Shown here: one piece after another, positions 25,122 to 35,039 of the stretch
Layout: each line of letters starts with the position of its first letter
How positions within the stretch are numbered: the stretch's first letter is position 1
From: a bacterium
GTDB taxonomy: Bacteria; Desulfobacterota; DSWW01
NCBI GenBank assembly: GCA_028277985.1
Contig: JANQFG010000037.1
Coordinates: forward strand, 194-64,193
Direction: 5' to 3'
DNA: 64,000 bases
Notes under the pieces: model-generated
Databases searched by the model: none
What the model was told of the DNA's origin: nothing
Seen by the model: the letters and a program-made list of their open reading frames with translations, nothing else
Made by a program: the position numbers and the translations under genes

Positions 25122-28100
25122 TCACTGCGATTGCTGGGAAGGGTCCGGGTGGGCGGCTTGCCGGGAAGCAAGATAGGCCTTGAAGAATCTTCGAACCCGT
25201 TCGAATTCGGACCGGATTTCGGAAAGCAGCTCGGGACCCTCTCCGGGAGCATCTCCGCTTGCGAACTCCTCGAGCCTCCGAGCGATCTCCTGCATCCCCT
25301 TGGCTCCCGCATTTGCGCTTGCGCCCTTGATCGAGTGTGCCCGGTTTTCCACGTCTTCCCTCAGGTCCTCGTGGATGGAGGACTCGAGTGCTTTGAGGCT
25401 TTGTTCGGTCGTCGATACGTAGGATTCGATCAGGTCCCTCTCGAAGGCGATGTCTCCGTCGGCGATCGCCTGGATTCGCTGGATGTGAACAGGCTTGCCC
25501 TGGCCGGGCGCACCGTCGGGAGAAAGCAACGCTGCAGACGGCTCGGTCGTGAGGACCTTCTCCAGGACTTCGTTCAGGGCGAGGGCAGTCACCGGTTTGC
25601 TCAAATAATCGTTCATGCCCGCCTCGAGGCATCTCTCCCGGTCGCCTTTCAATGCATGGGCCGTCATGGCGATGATCGGGATGTCGTGCCGAAGCACACG
25701 CGAATCAGGATCACGAATCAACTCCGTTGCCTCGAATCCGTTCATGTCCGGCATCTGTACGTCCATCAGGACAAGGTCATAGGGGATCGTCTCGAGGGCG
25801 GAGACCGCCTCCCGGCCATTCGCCACGGCGTCGGCACGATACCCGAGCTTCTGTAGAATGCGCAGGGCCACCTTCTGGTTCACCACGTTGTCCTCGGCCA
25901 GGAGGATGCGCACCCTGCGCTTCTTCTCCTCCCGCAGGGTGTGCCGGGTGATGATGGGGCGATCTCTCATGCCGGGATCTGCCGGCGCTACACCCAGGAC
26001 CGTGACGAGGCAATCATAGAGCTGTGATATCTTGATCGGCTTCGTGAGGTATGCGGCAAAGCCGATTTGCTGCAATTGCGCGGTTTCACCTCGGCTTCCC
26101 AGAGAAGTGAGCATGACGAGCCGGGTGTCCCAAATATCAGGGTCCTGCTTGATCTGCTGTCCCAGGGTCTTGCCATCCATGCCGGGCATCTGCATATCGA
26201 CCAGGGCGATTCGAAAGGGGTCCCGGTCCACGGAAGCCTTGCGAAGCGCCTCCAGGGCCTTCTCGCCGTCCCCTGCCTCTTCGAAACGACAGCCCCAGGA
26301 GCGGAGCATCTCTCGAAACACCAACCGGTTGGTCGCGTGGTCGTCGACGACGAGGATCCGCGCCTCTCGGATGTCTTCGGGCAGAATCTTTTCAGGCGGG
26401 CGCGCCTTCGCCTGTTTCTCCAGATCGAGGGTGAACCAGAACTTTGAACCCATTCCCTCCTTGCTCTCGAACCCGATCTGGCCGCCCATGATCCGCACCA
26501 GCTGCTGGGAGATGGCAAGCCCGAGCCCCGTTCCTCCGTATTTGCGCGTGATCGAAGCGTCCACCTGCGAGAAGGACTTGAACAGGCGGTCCCGTCGGTC
26601 CTCAGGGATGCCGATTCCGGTATCGATTACCGAGAAGCGAACGAGTGCGTGGCTCTCCGCCTCTTCATCCACGGCGACTCGGATATGCACCTCACCCTGC
26701 TCCGTGAATTTGATTGCGTTGCCGGTCAGGTTGATCAGGATCTGTCGGAGACGTCCCGGATCTCCCTTTACCAGGGCGGGAACGTCCGGATGGATCAGAA
26801 TCGAAAACTCGAGGTCCTTGTCATGGGCCCGCATGGCCAACATGTCGGCCACGTCTTCGACCGTGGTTCTCAGATCGAAGTCGAGGACCTCCAGGTCGAG
26901 CTGCCCCGCCTCGATCTTGGAGAAGTCCAGGATATCGTTGATCAGGCTCAAGAGCGTATCCGCCGAGGAATGAATCGTTCGCGCGTACTCCTGCTGCTCC
27001 GGCGAAAGATCGGTCTCCATGAGCAACCCGGTCATCCCGATCACGCCGTTCATGGGTGTACGAATCTCGTGGCTCATGTTGGCCAGGAACTCGCTCTTGG
27101 CCACATTGGCGACTTCCGCCTTCAGGGCGAGCAGGTTCGCATGCTGGATCGCCTGCTCGAGCTGGCTGTTCGTCTTCCCCATCTCCTGATGGGCCTCCAG
27201 AAGCTCTATCTCCGCCTGCTTCCGTTCGGTGATGTCACGGGCAAAGGCGCAGTTGTATTCCTTGCCCTCGAATTGCATGTGATTGAGGGTAAGCTCTACG
27301 GGGAAGGTCCGGCCCGTCCTGGTGCGGTGGTGCGATTCGAGCATGAAGGAGCCTCTTTCGCGAAGCTCGTTCCAGTGTGTGGGCCAGACTTCAGGGGGGA
27401 AGTCGGGGTCGATGTCATGGACGGTCATTGTGAGGAGCTCGTCCGGGGAATAGCCCAGACATTTGCAGGCAGCTTCATTGACGTAAATGAAACGGGCATT
27501 ACTGTCCATCCAATAGACCGGGTCGGCAGCGTGATCGACCGAGAACTGGGTGAACCGCAACACCTCTTCGGCCCGGTTTCGCTCGGTGACGTCCCGAGAG
27601 TTGAGGACGATGCCCTCGATGGCCGGATCATCCAGAAAGCTCTTGCCTACGATCTGTATGTTTCGCCAGGAGCCGTTCTTGTGCAGTATGCGGCACTCGG
27701 AAGAGATGGTCTTGCCGGTCTTTGCCGCTTGCACGAACGCATCGAGGAGACGCTCCCTGTCTTCGGAATGGATGACGTCAAAGGCGCTCTTGCCGGCCAG
27801 GTCTTCCGGCAGGTACCCGAGGATGCGTTCGATCGAGGGGCTGACGTAGCGTCTGCTGCCGTCGCGGTTCAGGATCGAGATGATATCGGATCCGTTCTCC
27901 ACCATCGACCGAAAACGTCTCTCACTTTCGGAGAGCCCTTCTAGGGACTTCTCCAGGTCCCGGGTCTTCCGTTGAACCAGGTCCTCCATCCTCGTTCGGT
28001 ACCTGTTCACCTCTTCGGCCGCAGCGATCATGCTCTGGTTGAGCAGGATGAATTCCTTGTCCAGGCTTCCGGAGAAGACAAAGCCGGATCCGCCGGACGC

Positions 28101-28931
28101 CAGATCCTGCGAGGCGGTCCTGGCTTCCTCGATGGACCGGAAGATCGAGGTGAAATAGAGGCCCACGAGAAAGCTGCAGATCAACATGCTCAGGATCGAA
28201 AACAGGGTGATGATCGCGCTTTCGCCAGGGTCCTCGTGGGACCCGAGGGTGAAGGAGTTGATTACGACGAGGGTGATCAACATGAAGACCACGAAAGAGG
28301 CGAATTTCCCCTTGAGAGAGAAGAGGGGGGCCTCTTCGAATTTCTGTCCGAGTTGATGGATCTTCTTCTTTACCTGGGATCGCAGGGACAGGGTCAGGAA
28401 GTCCGAGATTACGTAGGTGATATACAGATAGACGAGGATAGCGATCAAGCCCGCCCGAATGCCCAGGAAGACCTGCTCGAGATTTGCACCGTGGAGTGCA
28501 ACCACCGAGAGGATTCCCGATAGAAGGGAAAGGCCGAAGACGGCGGCGGCCACCGTGTTCCAGAGAGGGAATTTGGACAAGGCGTGCAACAGGTCGGGCA
28601 GCCCCTCGGAAGAGAGGGAAGGGGACATATCCATGCCGCGCACCTGGTCGTTGATGATCCGGAGCCTTTTGAGTTCCCGCCTGACCCCGAAGGTCCTGAG
28701 GAGGCCGAAGCAGACATAGTGGGTGAGCGACGAGAGTGCTAGCAGCGCGAACAGCGCATAGACGATCCGGTTGGGGAGAATGTCCAGGATCAGGAGGTCT
28801 TTTCGAATGTACAGGTAGCCATAGAAGTAGAGATACCCGTACAGGGACGCTATCTGTCCACCCATGATGCTTAGGAACGCCACGGCAAAGGTGTAGCAAG
28901 TCGATCTTGCCAGCCAGGCGAAGGCTCTCAT
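25122..28931 (-). CDS. Membrane-bound unorthodox hybrid histidine kinase (TM, 2 PAS, HisKA, HATPase, 2 REC, Hpt)
   Basis: [35 protein letters not shown], two receivers (VDMQMP, MDVQMP), Hpt AHSIKGAS. Confidence 0.95.
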   Translation of the reverse strand: MRAFAWLARSTCYTFAVAFLSIMGGQIASLYGYLYFYGYLYIRKDLLILDILPNRIVYALFALLALSSLTHYVCFGLLRTFGVRRELKRLRIINDQVRGMDMSPSLSSEGLPDLLHALSKFPLWNTVAAAVFGLSLLSGILSVVALHGANLEQVFLGIRAGLIAILVYLYITYVISDFLTLSLRSQVKKKIHQLGQKFEEAPLFSLKGKFASFVVFMLITLVVINSFTLGSHEDPGESAIITLFSILSMLICSFLVGLYFTSIFRSIEEARTASQDLASGGSGFVFSGSLDKEFILLNQSMIAAAEEVNRYRTRMEDLVQRKTRDLEKSLEGLSESERRFRSMVENGSDIISILNRDGSRRYVSPSIERILGYLPEDLAGKSAFDVIHSEDRERLLDAFVQAAKTGKTISSECRILHKNGSWRNIQIVGKSFLDDPAIEGIVLNSRDVTERNRAEEVLRFTQFSVDHAADPVYWMDSNARFIYVNEAACKCLGYSPDELLTMTVHDIDPDFPPEVWPTHWNELRERGSFMLESHHRTRTGRTFPVELTLNHMQFEGKEYNCAFARDITERKQAEIELLEAHQEMGKTNSQLEQAIQHANLLALKAEVANVAKSEFLANMSHEIRTPMNGVIGMTGLLMETDLSPEQQEYARTIHSSADTLLSLINDILDFSKIEAGQLDLEVLDFDLRTTVEDVADMLAMRAHDKDLEFSILIHPDVPALVKGDPGRLRQILINLTGNAIKFTEQGEVHIRVAVDEEAESHALVRFSVIDTGIGIPEDRRDRLFKSFSQVDASITRKYGGTGLGLAISQQLVRIMGGQIGFESKEGMGSKFWFTLDLEKQAKARPPEKILPEDIREARILVVDDHATNRLVFREMLRSWGCRFEEAGDGEKALEALRKASVDRDPFRIALVDMQMPGMDGKTLGQQIKQDPDIWDTRLVMLTSLGSRGETAQLQQIGFAAYLTKPIKISQLYDCLVTVLGVAPADPGMRDRPIITRHTLREEKKRRVRILLAEDNVVNQKVALRILQKLGYRADAVANGREAVSALETIPYDLVLMDVQMPDMNGFEATELIRDPDSRVLRHDIPIIAMTAHALKGDRERCLEAGMNDYLSKPVTALALNEVLEKVLTTEPSAALLSPDGAPGQGKPVHIQRIQAIADGDIAFERDLIESYVSTTEQSLKALESSIHEDLREDVENRAHSIKGASANAGAKGMQEIARRLEEFASGDAPGEGPELLSEIRSEFERVRRFFKAYLASRQAAHPDPSQQSQ

Positions 28932-29034
28932 GGACTACCCCTTCTTTTCTACAAAACGTAGTTTATCCCGCAGGGGTTTCACCCCCTCTTCATCGGAACA
29001 AAATTCGGGGTTCATGAGTTTTTCTGGAAGAAAA

Positions 29035-30006
29035 TCAGGCTTGTGCAGAGAGGGCCAGCAGGCGGTCCGCCAGCTCGATCACATACCCTTTGCCCTTGTC
29101 GCCTTCCTCGAGGGCCTGGGTCCAGCGCTGGGGAAGGGCTTCGGCCCCATGGTAGGCACCGGCTACGGCGCCGGCCATGGCGCCGATGGTGTCTGTATCT
29201 CCTCCGAGGTTTACGGCTCGGATGATTGCCGACTCCGGGTCTTGGGGGCAGGACAGGACCGCCCAGAGGGCAGAGGATACGGAGCAGGAGGCCTGGGCGC
29301 TCGTTCCAAGATGGACCGCAGCCTCCTCCGGGGATGCCCGAAGGTTCTGCGCGATCCAGCCGATAGCATCCACAAATTCTTCTGGGCCGGCAAGTTTGAG
29401 GTTTTTCAGGAAGGAGTCGGCATCCAATTCCACGTCCTGCTCCCTGCTCTTGATCGCCCAGCGAATAGCGATTGCCTGAATGCAGGCCCCTATTCTGCCG
29501 ATCGGGTGGGTATGTCCCGTGATCGCCGCCTGCTGCGCGGCAGCCCGGACCATTGCCTCGGAATCTGCATAGAACGCGAGGGCGATCGGCGCCACCCGCA
29601 TGGCGGCCCCGTTCGCATAGGAGCCCCCTGGCACCTCGTGCGCCTTGGTGGCATCTTGCCATGGAGCCCCGTCGCGAATGGCCGAGAGGATCTTCTGAGC
29701 ATTTCCTCCGTAGCCGCGATCCGGATTGAAGTTCTCGCCAAAGCGTGCAGCCACGCGATGTGCGTCCAACCTCCCCGGAGTATCCAAAAGGGCCTCGGCG
29801 AGGCCGATCATCATCTCCGTGTCGTCGGTGTACGTACCGCGCCCGAGCCGCGCGGGGAGCATCTCCGTCACCACGTCGAATCGAGCCCGGATCACGGAAT
29901 TGGACATGCCTTCGACCGGCATGCCCAGGGCGTCACCGACCATTGTGCCGAGCAGGGCGCCCCGGAAGCACTGCATCAATCGTTCTCTGGCTGGTTCGTT
30001 CGTCAA
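29035..30006 (-). CDS. ADP-ribosylglycohydrolase family protein
   Basis: GDALG, YTDDT, NGAAMR, THT, GGDTDT. Confidence 0.92.
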   Translation of the reverse strand: MTNEPARERLMQCFRGALLGTMVGDALGMPVEGMSNSVIRARFDVVTEMLPARLGRGTYTDDTEMMIGLAEALLDTPGRLDAHRVAARFGENFNPDRGYGGNAQKILSAIRDGAPWQDATKAHEVPGGSYANGAAMRVAPIALAFYADSEAMVRAAAQQAAITGHTHPIGRIGACIQAIAIRWAIKSREQDVELDADSFLKNLKLAGPEEFVDAIGWIAQNLRASPEEAAVHLGTSAQASCSVSSALWAVLSCPQDPESAIIRAVNLGGDTDTIGAMAGAVAGAYHGAEALPQRWTQALEEGDKGKGYVIELADRLLALSAQA

Positions 30007-30156
30007 GATGGGCCCCTCTTACGCAGACTAGAGTTCTTTCTACTATCACAAATCGTCACAAAGTCCTAGATCTGCTAGAATGGAAGTGAAAAATGTCTCT
30101 CATTTCTCCCTCTTTCCGGAGGGGGATGCAGAATATCCCCGCTCGAGGTAAACGCG

Positions 30157-31863
30157 ATGCGCTGTTTCTCTGCAAGAGGTGCTTGGGTCCGGATTGTCCG
30201 GGCCGTAGTTCCGATGACCGGGCTGTTTTTCGCCGTGTATGGAGGAGTCGCCTGGCCCATCAGCATGATCGAAGAAGCAGGCGAACAACTCAAAAGGACT
30301 CTCGCACAGCCGCAACGAGAGGGAGTGTCCTTCTGCAGGAAGGAGGCTCTGTGCGGGCAGGCCGTGCTTTCCCGTTTCTACCAGGAGCGCGACTTCCGGC
30401 CCGCCTGGTCGGGCCCGGAAGGTCGTTTCGAGCTGGCAGAGGCCCTCGTTGCCTCCATAAAAAAGTCCTCCCTCGAGGGTCTGAGGCCGGATGCCTATCA
30501 TCTGGGGACGATCGAGACTCTGCTTCCGGCTGTCGGACGGGAGCGGGCCGCGGGACGGCCGTTGGAGCCGGAGGTCGTGGCCGATCTCGACCTGCTGCTT
30601 ACAGACGCCTTTCTCATCTACGGGTCCCACATGTTGTCAGGACGGGTGGATCCGGAAACCGTTCACTCAAGATGGATCGTTCGAAGCCGCGAGGGGGACC
30701 TGGCCGAAGTCTTGCGGGCCGCTCTGGATAGCAAGGAGGTGGGTAAGGCTTTGAAGGGGCTCCTGCCCGCCTACCCCAAGTATGCAACACTCCGACAGGC
30801 CCTGCTGGAACACAGAGCGATCGCAGAAAAAGGAGGATGGCCCTCCGTTCCGGAGGGAGCCACGCTGCACAAGGAAGACCGTGATCCGCGCGTTTCCGCC
30901 TTGCGCGCTCGCCTCTCGGTATCTGGAGATCTGACCGAAGCCCAGGGGGCGGATTCGGAGGTCATGGATGAGGTCGTGGATCGAGCGGTTCGTCGGTTTC
31001 AAACCAGACACGGGCTCACGGTGGACGGCGTGGTCGGCCCGGCCACCCTGGCGGCGCTCAATGTCCCGGCAGAGGACCGGGTGCAGCAGATCGAGCTCAA
31101 CATGGAACGATGGCGCTGGCTCCCCGAGGATCTTGGTACAAGATACATTCTTGTGAACACGGCCGATTTCTCGCTGGAGGTCGTCGACGAGGGGGAAAGG
31201 GTGCTCGCCATGCGTGTGGTTGCCGGCAAGAAGGCGAGGCGTACCCCGGTCCTGAGCGGCGCGATGACGTACCTCGTCCTGAATCCCTACTGGAACATTC
31301 CACACAAGCTTGCCGTCCGTGACATCCTGCCCAAGGTCTTCGAGGACCCGGGCTATTTGGATCGTCAGGGGATTCGTGTCTTCGAGAACTGGGAGGATTC
31401 TGCGCAGGAGCTGCCGCATTCAACGATCGACTGGTTCATCATCACCCCTCAGAACCTCACTTATAAATTCCGCCAGGATCCAGGGCCCCGGAATGCTCTC
31501 GGGCGGGTGAAATTCATGTTTCCGAACAAGTTCGCGGTCTACCTTCACGACACACCTTCGCGGTACATGTTCACTCGAAGCCGACGTGATTTCAGCTCGG
31601 GGTGTATACGCGTCGAAAAGCCGATCGACCTGGCAGCCTACGTGCTCGAGGGCGACCCGAACTGGACGAGGGAGGCAATCCTTTCAGGAATCGAAGAAGG
31701 GACGAACAGAAACGTGTGGCTGCCGGAAGCGATTCCCGTGCATGTCCTCTACTGGACCGCTTGGGTCGACCGTGAGGGGTCGGTCTGCTTTCGCCGTGAT
31801 GTGTACGGTCGGGATGGGCCGTTGGCCAGGGCGCTCGAGGAAGGGCCGCACCGCTACCAGTAA
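30157..31863 (+). CDS. L,D-transpeptidase (YcbB/LdtD-like) with scaffold and PG-binding domains
   Basis: FQTRHGLTVDGVVG, NMERWRWLP, NPYWN, NALGRVKFMFPN, YLHDT...SSGCIR. Confidence 0.93.
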   Translation: MRCFSARGAWVRIVRAVVPMTGLFFAVYGGVAWPISMIEEAGEQLKRTLAQPQREGVSFCRKEALCGQAVLSRFYQERDFRPAWSGPEGRFELAEALVASIKKSSLEGLRPDAYHLGTIETLLPAVGRERAAGRPLEPEVVADLDLLLTDAFLIYGSHMLSGRVDPETVHSRWIVRSREGDLAEVLRAALDSKEVGKALKGLLPAYPKYATLRQALLEHRAIAEKGGWPSVPEGATLHKEDRDPRVSALRARLSVSGDLTEAQGADSEVMDEVVDRAVRRFQTRHGLTVDGVVGPATLAALNVPAEDRVQQIELNMERWRWLPEDLGTRYILVNTADFSLEVVDEGERVLAMRVVAGKKARRTPVLSGAMTYLVLNPYWNIPHKLAVRDILPKVFEDPGYLDRQGIRVFENWEDSAQELPHSTIDWFIITPQNLTYKFRQDPGPRNALGRVKFMFPNKFAVYLHDTPSRYMFTRSRRDFSSGCIRVEKPIDLAAYVLEGDPNWTREAILSGIEEGTNRNVWLPEAIPVHVLYWTAWVDREGSVCFRRDVYGRDGPLARALEEGPHRYQ

Positions 31864-32435
31864 CGGATACGCCCCACGTCGATGTGGACGAAGTTCGGTC
31901 CCCGGTAGGTACCCACGCCCCCGCCCTTGAGGTCGATCGCTGCGCGACGCAGCGTGGAAAGGTCGCACCCCGGCAGACGGATGTCCAGGGCCTTCCCTTG
32001 GAGATGAAGGCTCTTGCTGGCCACGCCGTTGCCGTTAGCGCGGAGGATTGCGTTCGTCTTTGGAGAACGGTATCCGGAGATCACGTGGAAGGGGCCCCGA
32101 ACACCTAGAGATTTGCCAAGGGCGTGCGCGAGATCCAGAAGCCGGGTGTCGATCGGCTTGACCTCACCCGTCCTGTGGTCCCGCAGGATGTGGTCGATTT
32201 CGGCCAGGGCCTGCTTCCTGTATTTCCCCTGGGCCCAGTAAACCACGTCCAGCTTCTCAGCCGTGTGGGTGTTGTAAAAGGCGAGTGACCTTTCCGGCGT
32301 CCAGATTTCCTGAACGGCCGCAATGGCCCGGCCCGGGATAGCTGCCGAGAGTAGGCCCACCGTGCCGAACTTTAGAAAGCGTCGTCGGCTTATCTGACGC
32401 TCTTGGGAAACGATATCGTAATCCGCTCGCTGCAT
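31854..32435 (-). CDS. YcbK/MepK (DUF882, peptidase M15-like) with Tat signal
   Basis: SRRRFLK, NTHT, LRDHR, ISGYRSP.TN, SLH..GKALD, FVHID.G..RYW. Confidence 0.92.
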   Translation of the reverse strand: MQRADYDIVSQERQISRRRFLKFGTVGLLSAAIPGRAIAAVQEIWTPERSLAFYNTHTAEKLDVVYWAQGKYRKQALAEIDHILRDHRTGEVKPIDTRLLDLAHALGKSLGVRGPFHVISGYRSPKTNAILRANGNGVASKSLHLQGKALDIRLPGCDLSTLRRAAIDLKGGGVGTYRGPNFVHIDVGRIRYW

Positions 32436-32587
32436 CGTCCGGTTGTCTTTCTTCCTAAGCCTTTGAAAAACTGGCAGATTCGTTTCGCTCAGGATTTCCG
32501 TAATCCTGGCAAGGGTAGCCTTCGAGTAGAAAGAAAGCAAGAAGCATGCCCCTGTCCCCAATTGCGGGCGCTACACAATGGCGATAC

Positions 32588-33346
32588 TCATCGCTGAAAT
32601 TTGCGGATAAGCCCCAGGAACTCGGGCGTTCCGGCCATTTCGGTCAGGAAGGCCTTCTCAGTCGCAAGGTGGGTGAGGAGATCCGCATTCTGGGAGGAAT
32701 ACATCATCGCCTTGATGGCGGCGGCCGCCTTGGGCGGGACTGCGGCGATCCTTTCCGCCAGGGCCTGGGTGTCTTCCAGAAAGGTCTCTTCAGGGAAGAA
32801 CTTGCTGACCATGCCGAACTTCTCTGCTTCCTGCTCGCGGATCGGTTCCCCCGTGAGGGCGATTTCCAGGGCCCTTGAGATTCCAACCATTTTCGGAAGG
32901 AAATAGTTCACTCCCCCATCGCCGGTCAGCCCGATGAGGGAGTAAGCATAGTGAAGCCGAAGCGTTTCGGTGGCCACCCGGATGTCGCATGCGAGGGCCA
33001 GGGCCGTTCCGTAGCCGGCCGCAAGTTGGTTGATCGCCGCAATGACCGGCTTGTCCGCCTGCCGGATCTCGGCGATCGCCTTGTGCGCGATCGTGGCCAT
33101 GATGTCGATGCGCCTGGCCGGGTCAGGGTCGGTTCCGGGTTCGGTCACATCCGCCCCCACCGAGAAGGCCCGTCCCTTTCCCGTGAGCACCACGACCCGG
33201 GTCGTCTCGTCACCCAGAGCCTGGCAGAGGGCATCCAGAGCCTCTTTGCCGAGCTCGGTGCTGAAGGCATTCAGTACGTCGGGCCGATTGAGGATCACCC
33301 ACGACACAGGGCCCTTGGTCTCACGGATCACTTGCTTGGAAGACAT
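32588..33346 (-). CDS. Enoyl-CoA hydratase/isomerase family (PaaG-like)
   Basis: LNRPDVLNA, FSVGAD, KPVIAAIN..AAGYG..LALACDIR, IGLTGDGG. Confidence 0.9.
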   Translation of the reverse strand: MSSKQVIRETKGPVSWVILNRPDVLNAFSTELGKEALDALCQALGDETTRVVVLTGKGRAFSVGADVTEPGTDPDPARRIDIMATIAHKAIAEIRQADKPVIAAINQLAAGYGTALALACDIRVATETLRLHYAYSLIGLTGDGGVNYFLPKMVGISRALEIALTGEPIREQEAEKFGMVSKFFPEETFLEDTQALAERIAAVPPKAAAAIKAMMYSSQNADLLTHLATEKAFLTEMAGTPEFLGLIRKFQR

Positions 33347-33359
33347 TGCGACTCCTGTG

Positions 33360-34901
33360 TCACTCGTTTGAGTACTGCTCGACCAGAACGAACTTGGTCA
33401 CCTTGCCGGTGGGGGTCCTCGGAAGGGGGCCGTCCGTCCAGATGATCTTCTTGGGCACCTTGAAGCCCGCGATCCTCTCCTTGCAGTAGCTGGTCAGGTC
33501 GTCCTCGGTGACCGATGCTTCCGGTGCCTTGACCACCACACCTGTAACCATCTCGCCCCACGTCTCGTGCGGCAGCCCTATGACCGCGCAGTCCGCCACG
33601 CCGGGATGGCTGAGTAACGTCGACTCCACCTCCACGGCGAACACGTTCTGACCTCCGGAGATGATCATGTCCTTGACCCTGCCCGAAAGGTACAGGAACC
33701 CTTCTTCATCGAACCTTCCCAGGTCTCCGGTGTGGACCCACCCGTCCCGGAAGACCTCCCGGGTCTTCTCTTCATTCTGAAAATAGCCGGCCGTGGCGGT
33801 CGGCACCCTGCCGATGATCTCTCCCACCTCACCGACCGGGACGTCCTTGCCCTGGGCGTCGACGATGCGCACCTCGGCGGAGAAGATGACCTGTCCCACG
33901 GAGTCCGGTTTCTTTTCCTTTTCCTCGGGCCCGAGCTGTGTGAGGATCCCGGTTTCCTGGAGGCCGTAGTACTCGTAGATGTTCGGGCAGATCCTCTTCT
34001 TGACCTCCTCCTGAAGGCTCGGGGCGAGGGGGGCTGCAGCGAAGACCAGCGCACGGAGCGAGCTCAGGTCGCGTTCCTCTACGTCGGGAAAGGAGAGTGC
34101 GAAACTGGCCATGGTAGGGACCCAGTTGGAGATCGTCACCTTTTCGGACTCGATCAGCTCGAGCATCTTCTGGGCCTGGAACTGGTGGATCACGTTCCGG
34201 GCTCCCGTGTACATGCCGATGCCGCACCAGGCGAAGCCGACCCTTCCGAAGATCGGGAAGGCGGTCAGGATCACATCCTTGCGGGTCACGTCATGAATCA
34301 TCGCCATGATCAGGGCGTTCGCGTTGTTGTAGTGGGTCAGGAAATAGCCTTTGGGCAGGCCCGTCGTTCCGGATGTAAGGTTGAGATACTGGATATCCTC
34401 TTCGGAGGTCTCTACCGCCGGTTCCTCGGGAGAGGCGCGGCTTGCGAGCTCCTCGTAACCCGTGGCGAATCCGGGAAGCTCCTCTCCCATGCCCACGAAA
34501 TGGGCAACGCCGGGGAGGGCCTCCCGTACCTGGCCTGCCACTTCGGAGAACCACGGATCGAACAGGAGCGCCTGGGCCCCGCAGTGTTTCATCAATTCGA
34601 TCATTTCCGCCGGGGCCAGTCGATAGTTCAGCGGAATGCCGATGATGCCCGCCTTGGCCAGGGCAAAGTAGATCTCCACGATCTCGGCCCGGTTCGTACA
34701 GAGAAAGGCGGCCACGTCCCCTTTCTTCAAGCCCATGGACATGAGCCCGTTGGCCAGACCGTTTGCGCGCCGATTGACTTCCCGGAAGGAGAAACGCCGC
34801 CCTGTGGAAGAACAGAAGATCGCCTCGCGGTCGCCGTAGCGTACAGCTGCAACACGGGCGATGTTGCCAACGGTCAGCGTTCCGGTCGCTTTCTGTGTCA
34901 C
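33360..34901 (-). CDS. Acyl-CoA synthetase (AMP-binding, FadD-like)
   Basis: TSGTTGLPKG, YGLQETG, HTGDLG, GRVKDMIISGG, PRTPTGK. GTG start at 34901. Confidence 0.93.
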   Translation of the reverse strand: MTQKATGTLTVGNIARVAAVRYGDREAIFCSSTGRRFSFREVNRRANGLANGLMSMGLKKGDVAAFLCTNRAEIVEIYFALAKAGIIGIPLNYRLAPAEMIELMKHCGAQALLFDPWFSEVAGQVREALPGVAHFVGMGEELPGFATGYEELASRASPEEPAVETSEEDIQYLNLTSGTTGLPKGYFLTHYNNANALIMAMIHDVTRKDVILTAFPIFGRVGFAWCGIGMYTGARNVIHQFQAQKMLELIESEKVTISNWVPTMASFALSFPDVEERDLSSLRALVFAAAPLAPSLQEEVKKRICPNIYEYYGLQETGILTQLGPEEKEKKPDSVGQVIFSAEVRIVDAQGKDVPVGEVGEIIGRVPTATAGYFQNEEKTREVFRDGWVHTGDLGRFDEEGFLYLSGRVKDMIISGGQNVFAVEVESTLLSHPGVADCAVIGLPHETWGEMVTGVVVKAPEASVTEDDLTSYCKERIAGFKVPKKIIWTDGPLPRTPTGKVTKFVLVEQYSNE

Positions 34902-34973
34902 CGCCTTCCCTCCTCTCGTTCCTCTCTTGCGAATTTGGGTGCAGCCACCCAGTACGCACCAGAATCGCATTTA

Positions 34974-35027
34974 AATTGGGGACAGCCACTCATTTCTCTC
35001 TCGTTGGAAATGGGTGGCTGTCCCCGA
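34974..35027. repeat. REP-like inverted repeat / hairpin
   Basis: GGGGACAGCCACTCATTTC (34978-34996) pairs with GAAATGGGTGGCTGTCCCC (35007-35025) with one mismatch (a G-T pair on the minus strand); partial copies at 3438-3449 and 32552-32563. Confidence 0.7.
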
Positions 35028-35039
35028 TGGGTAGGATCC

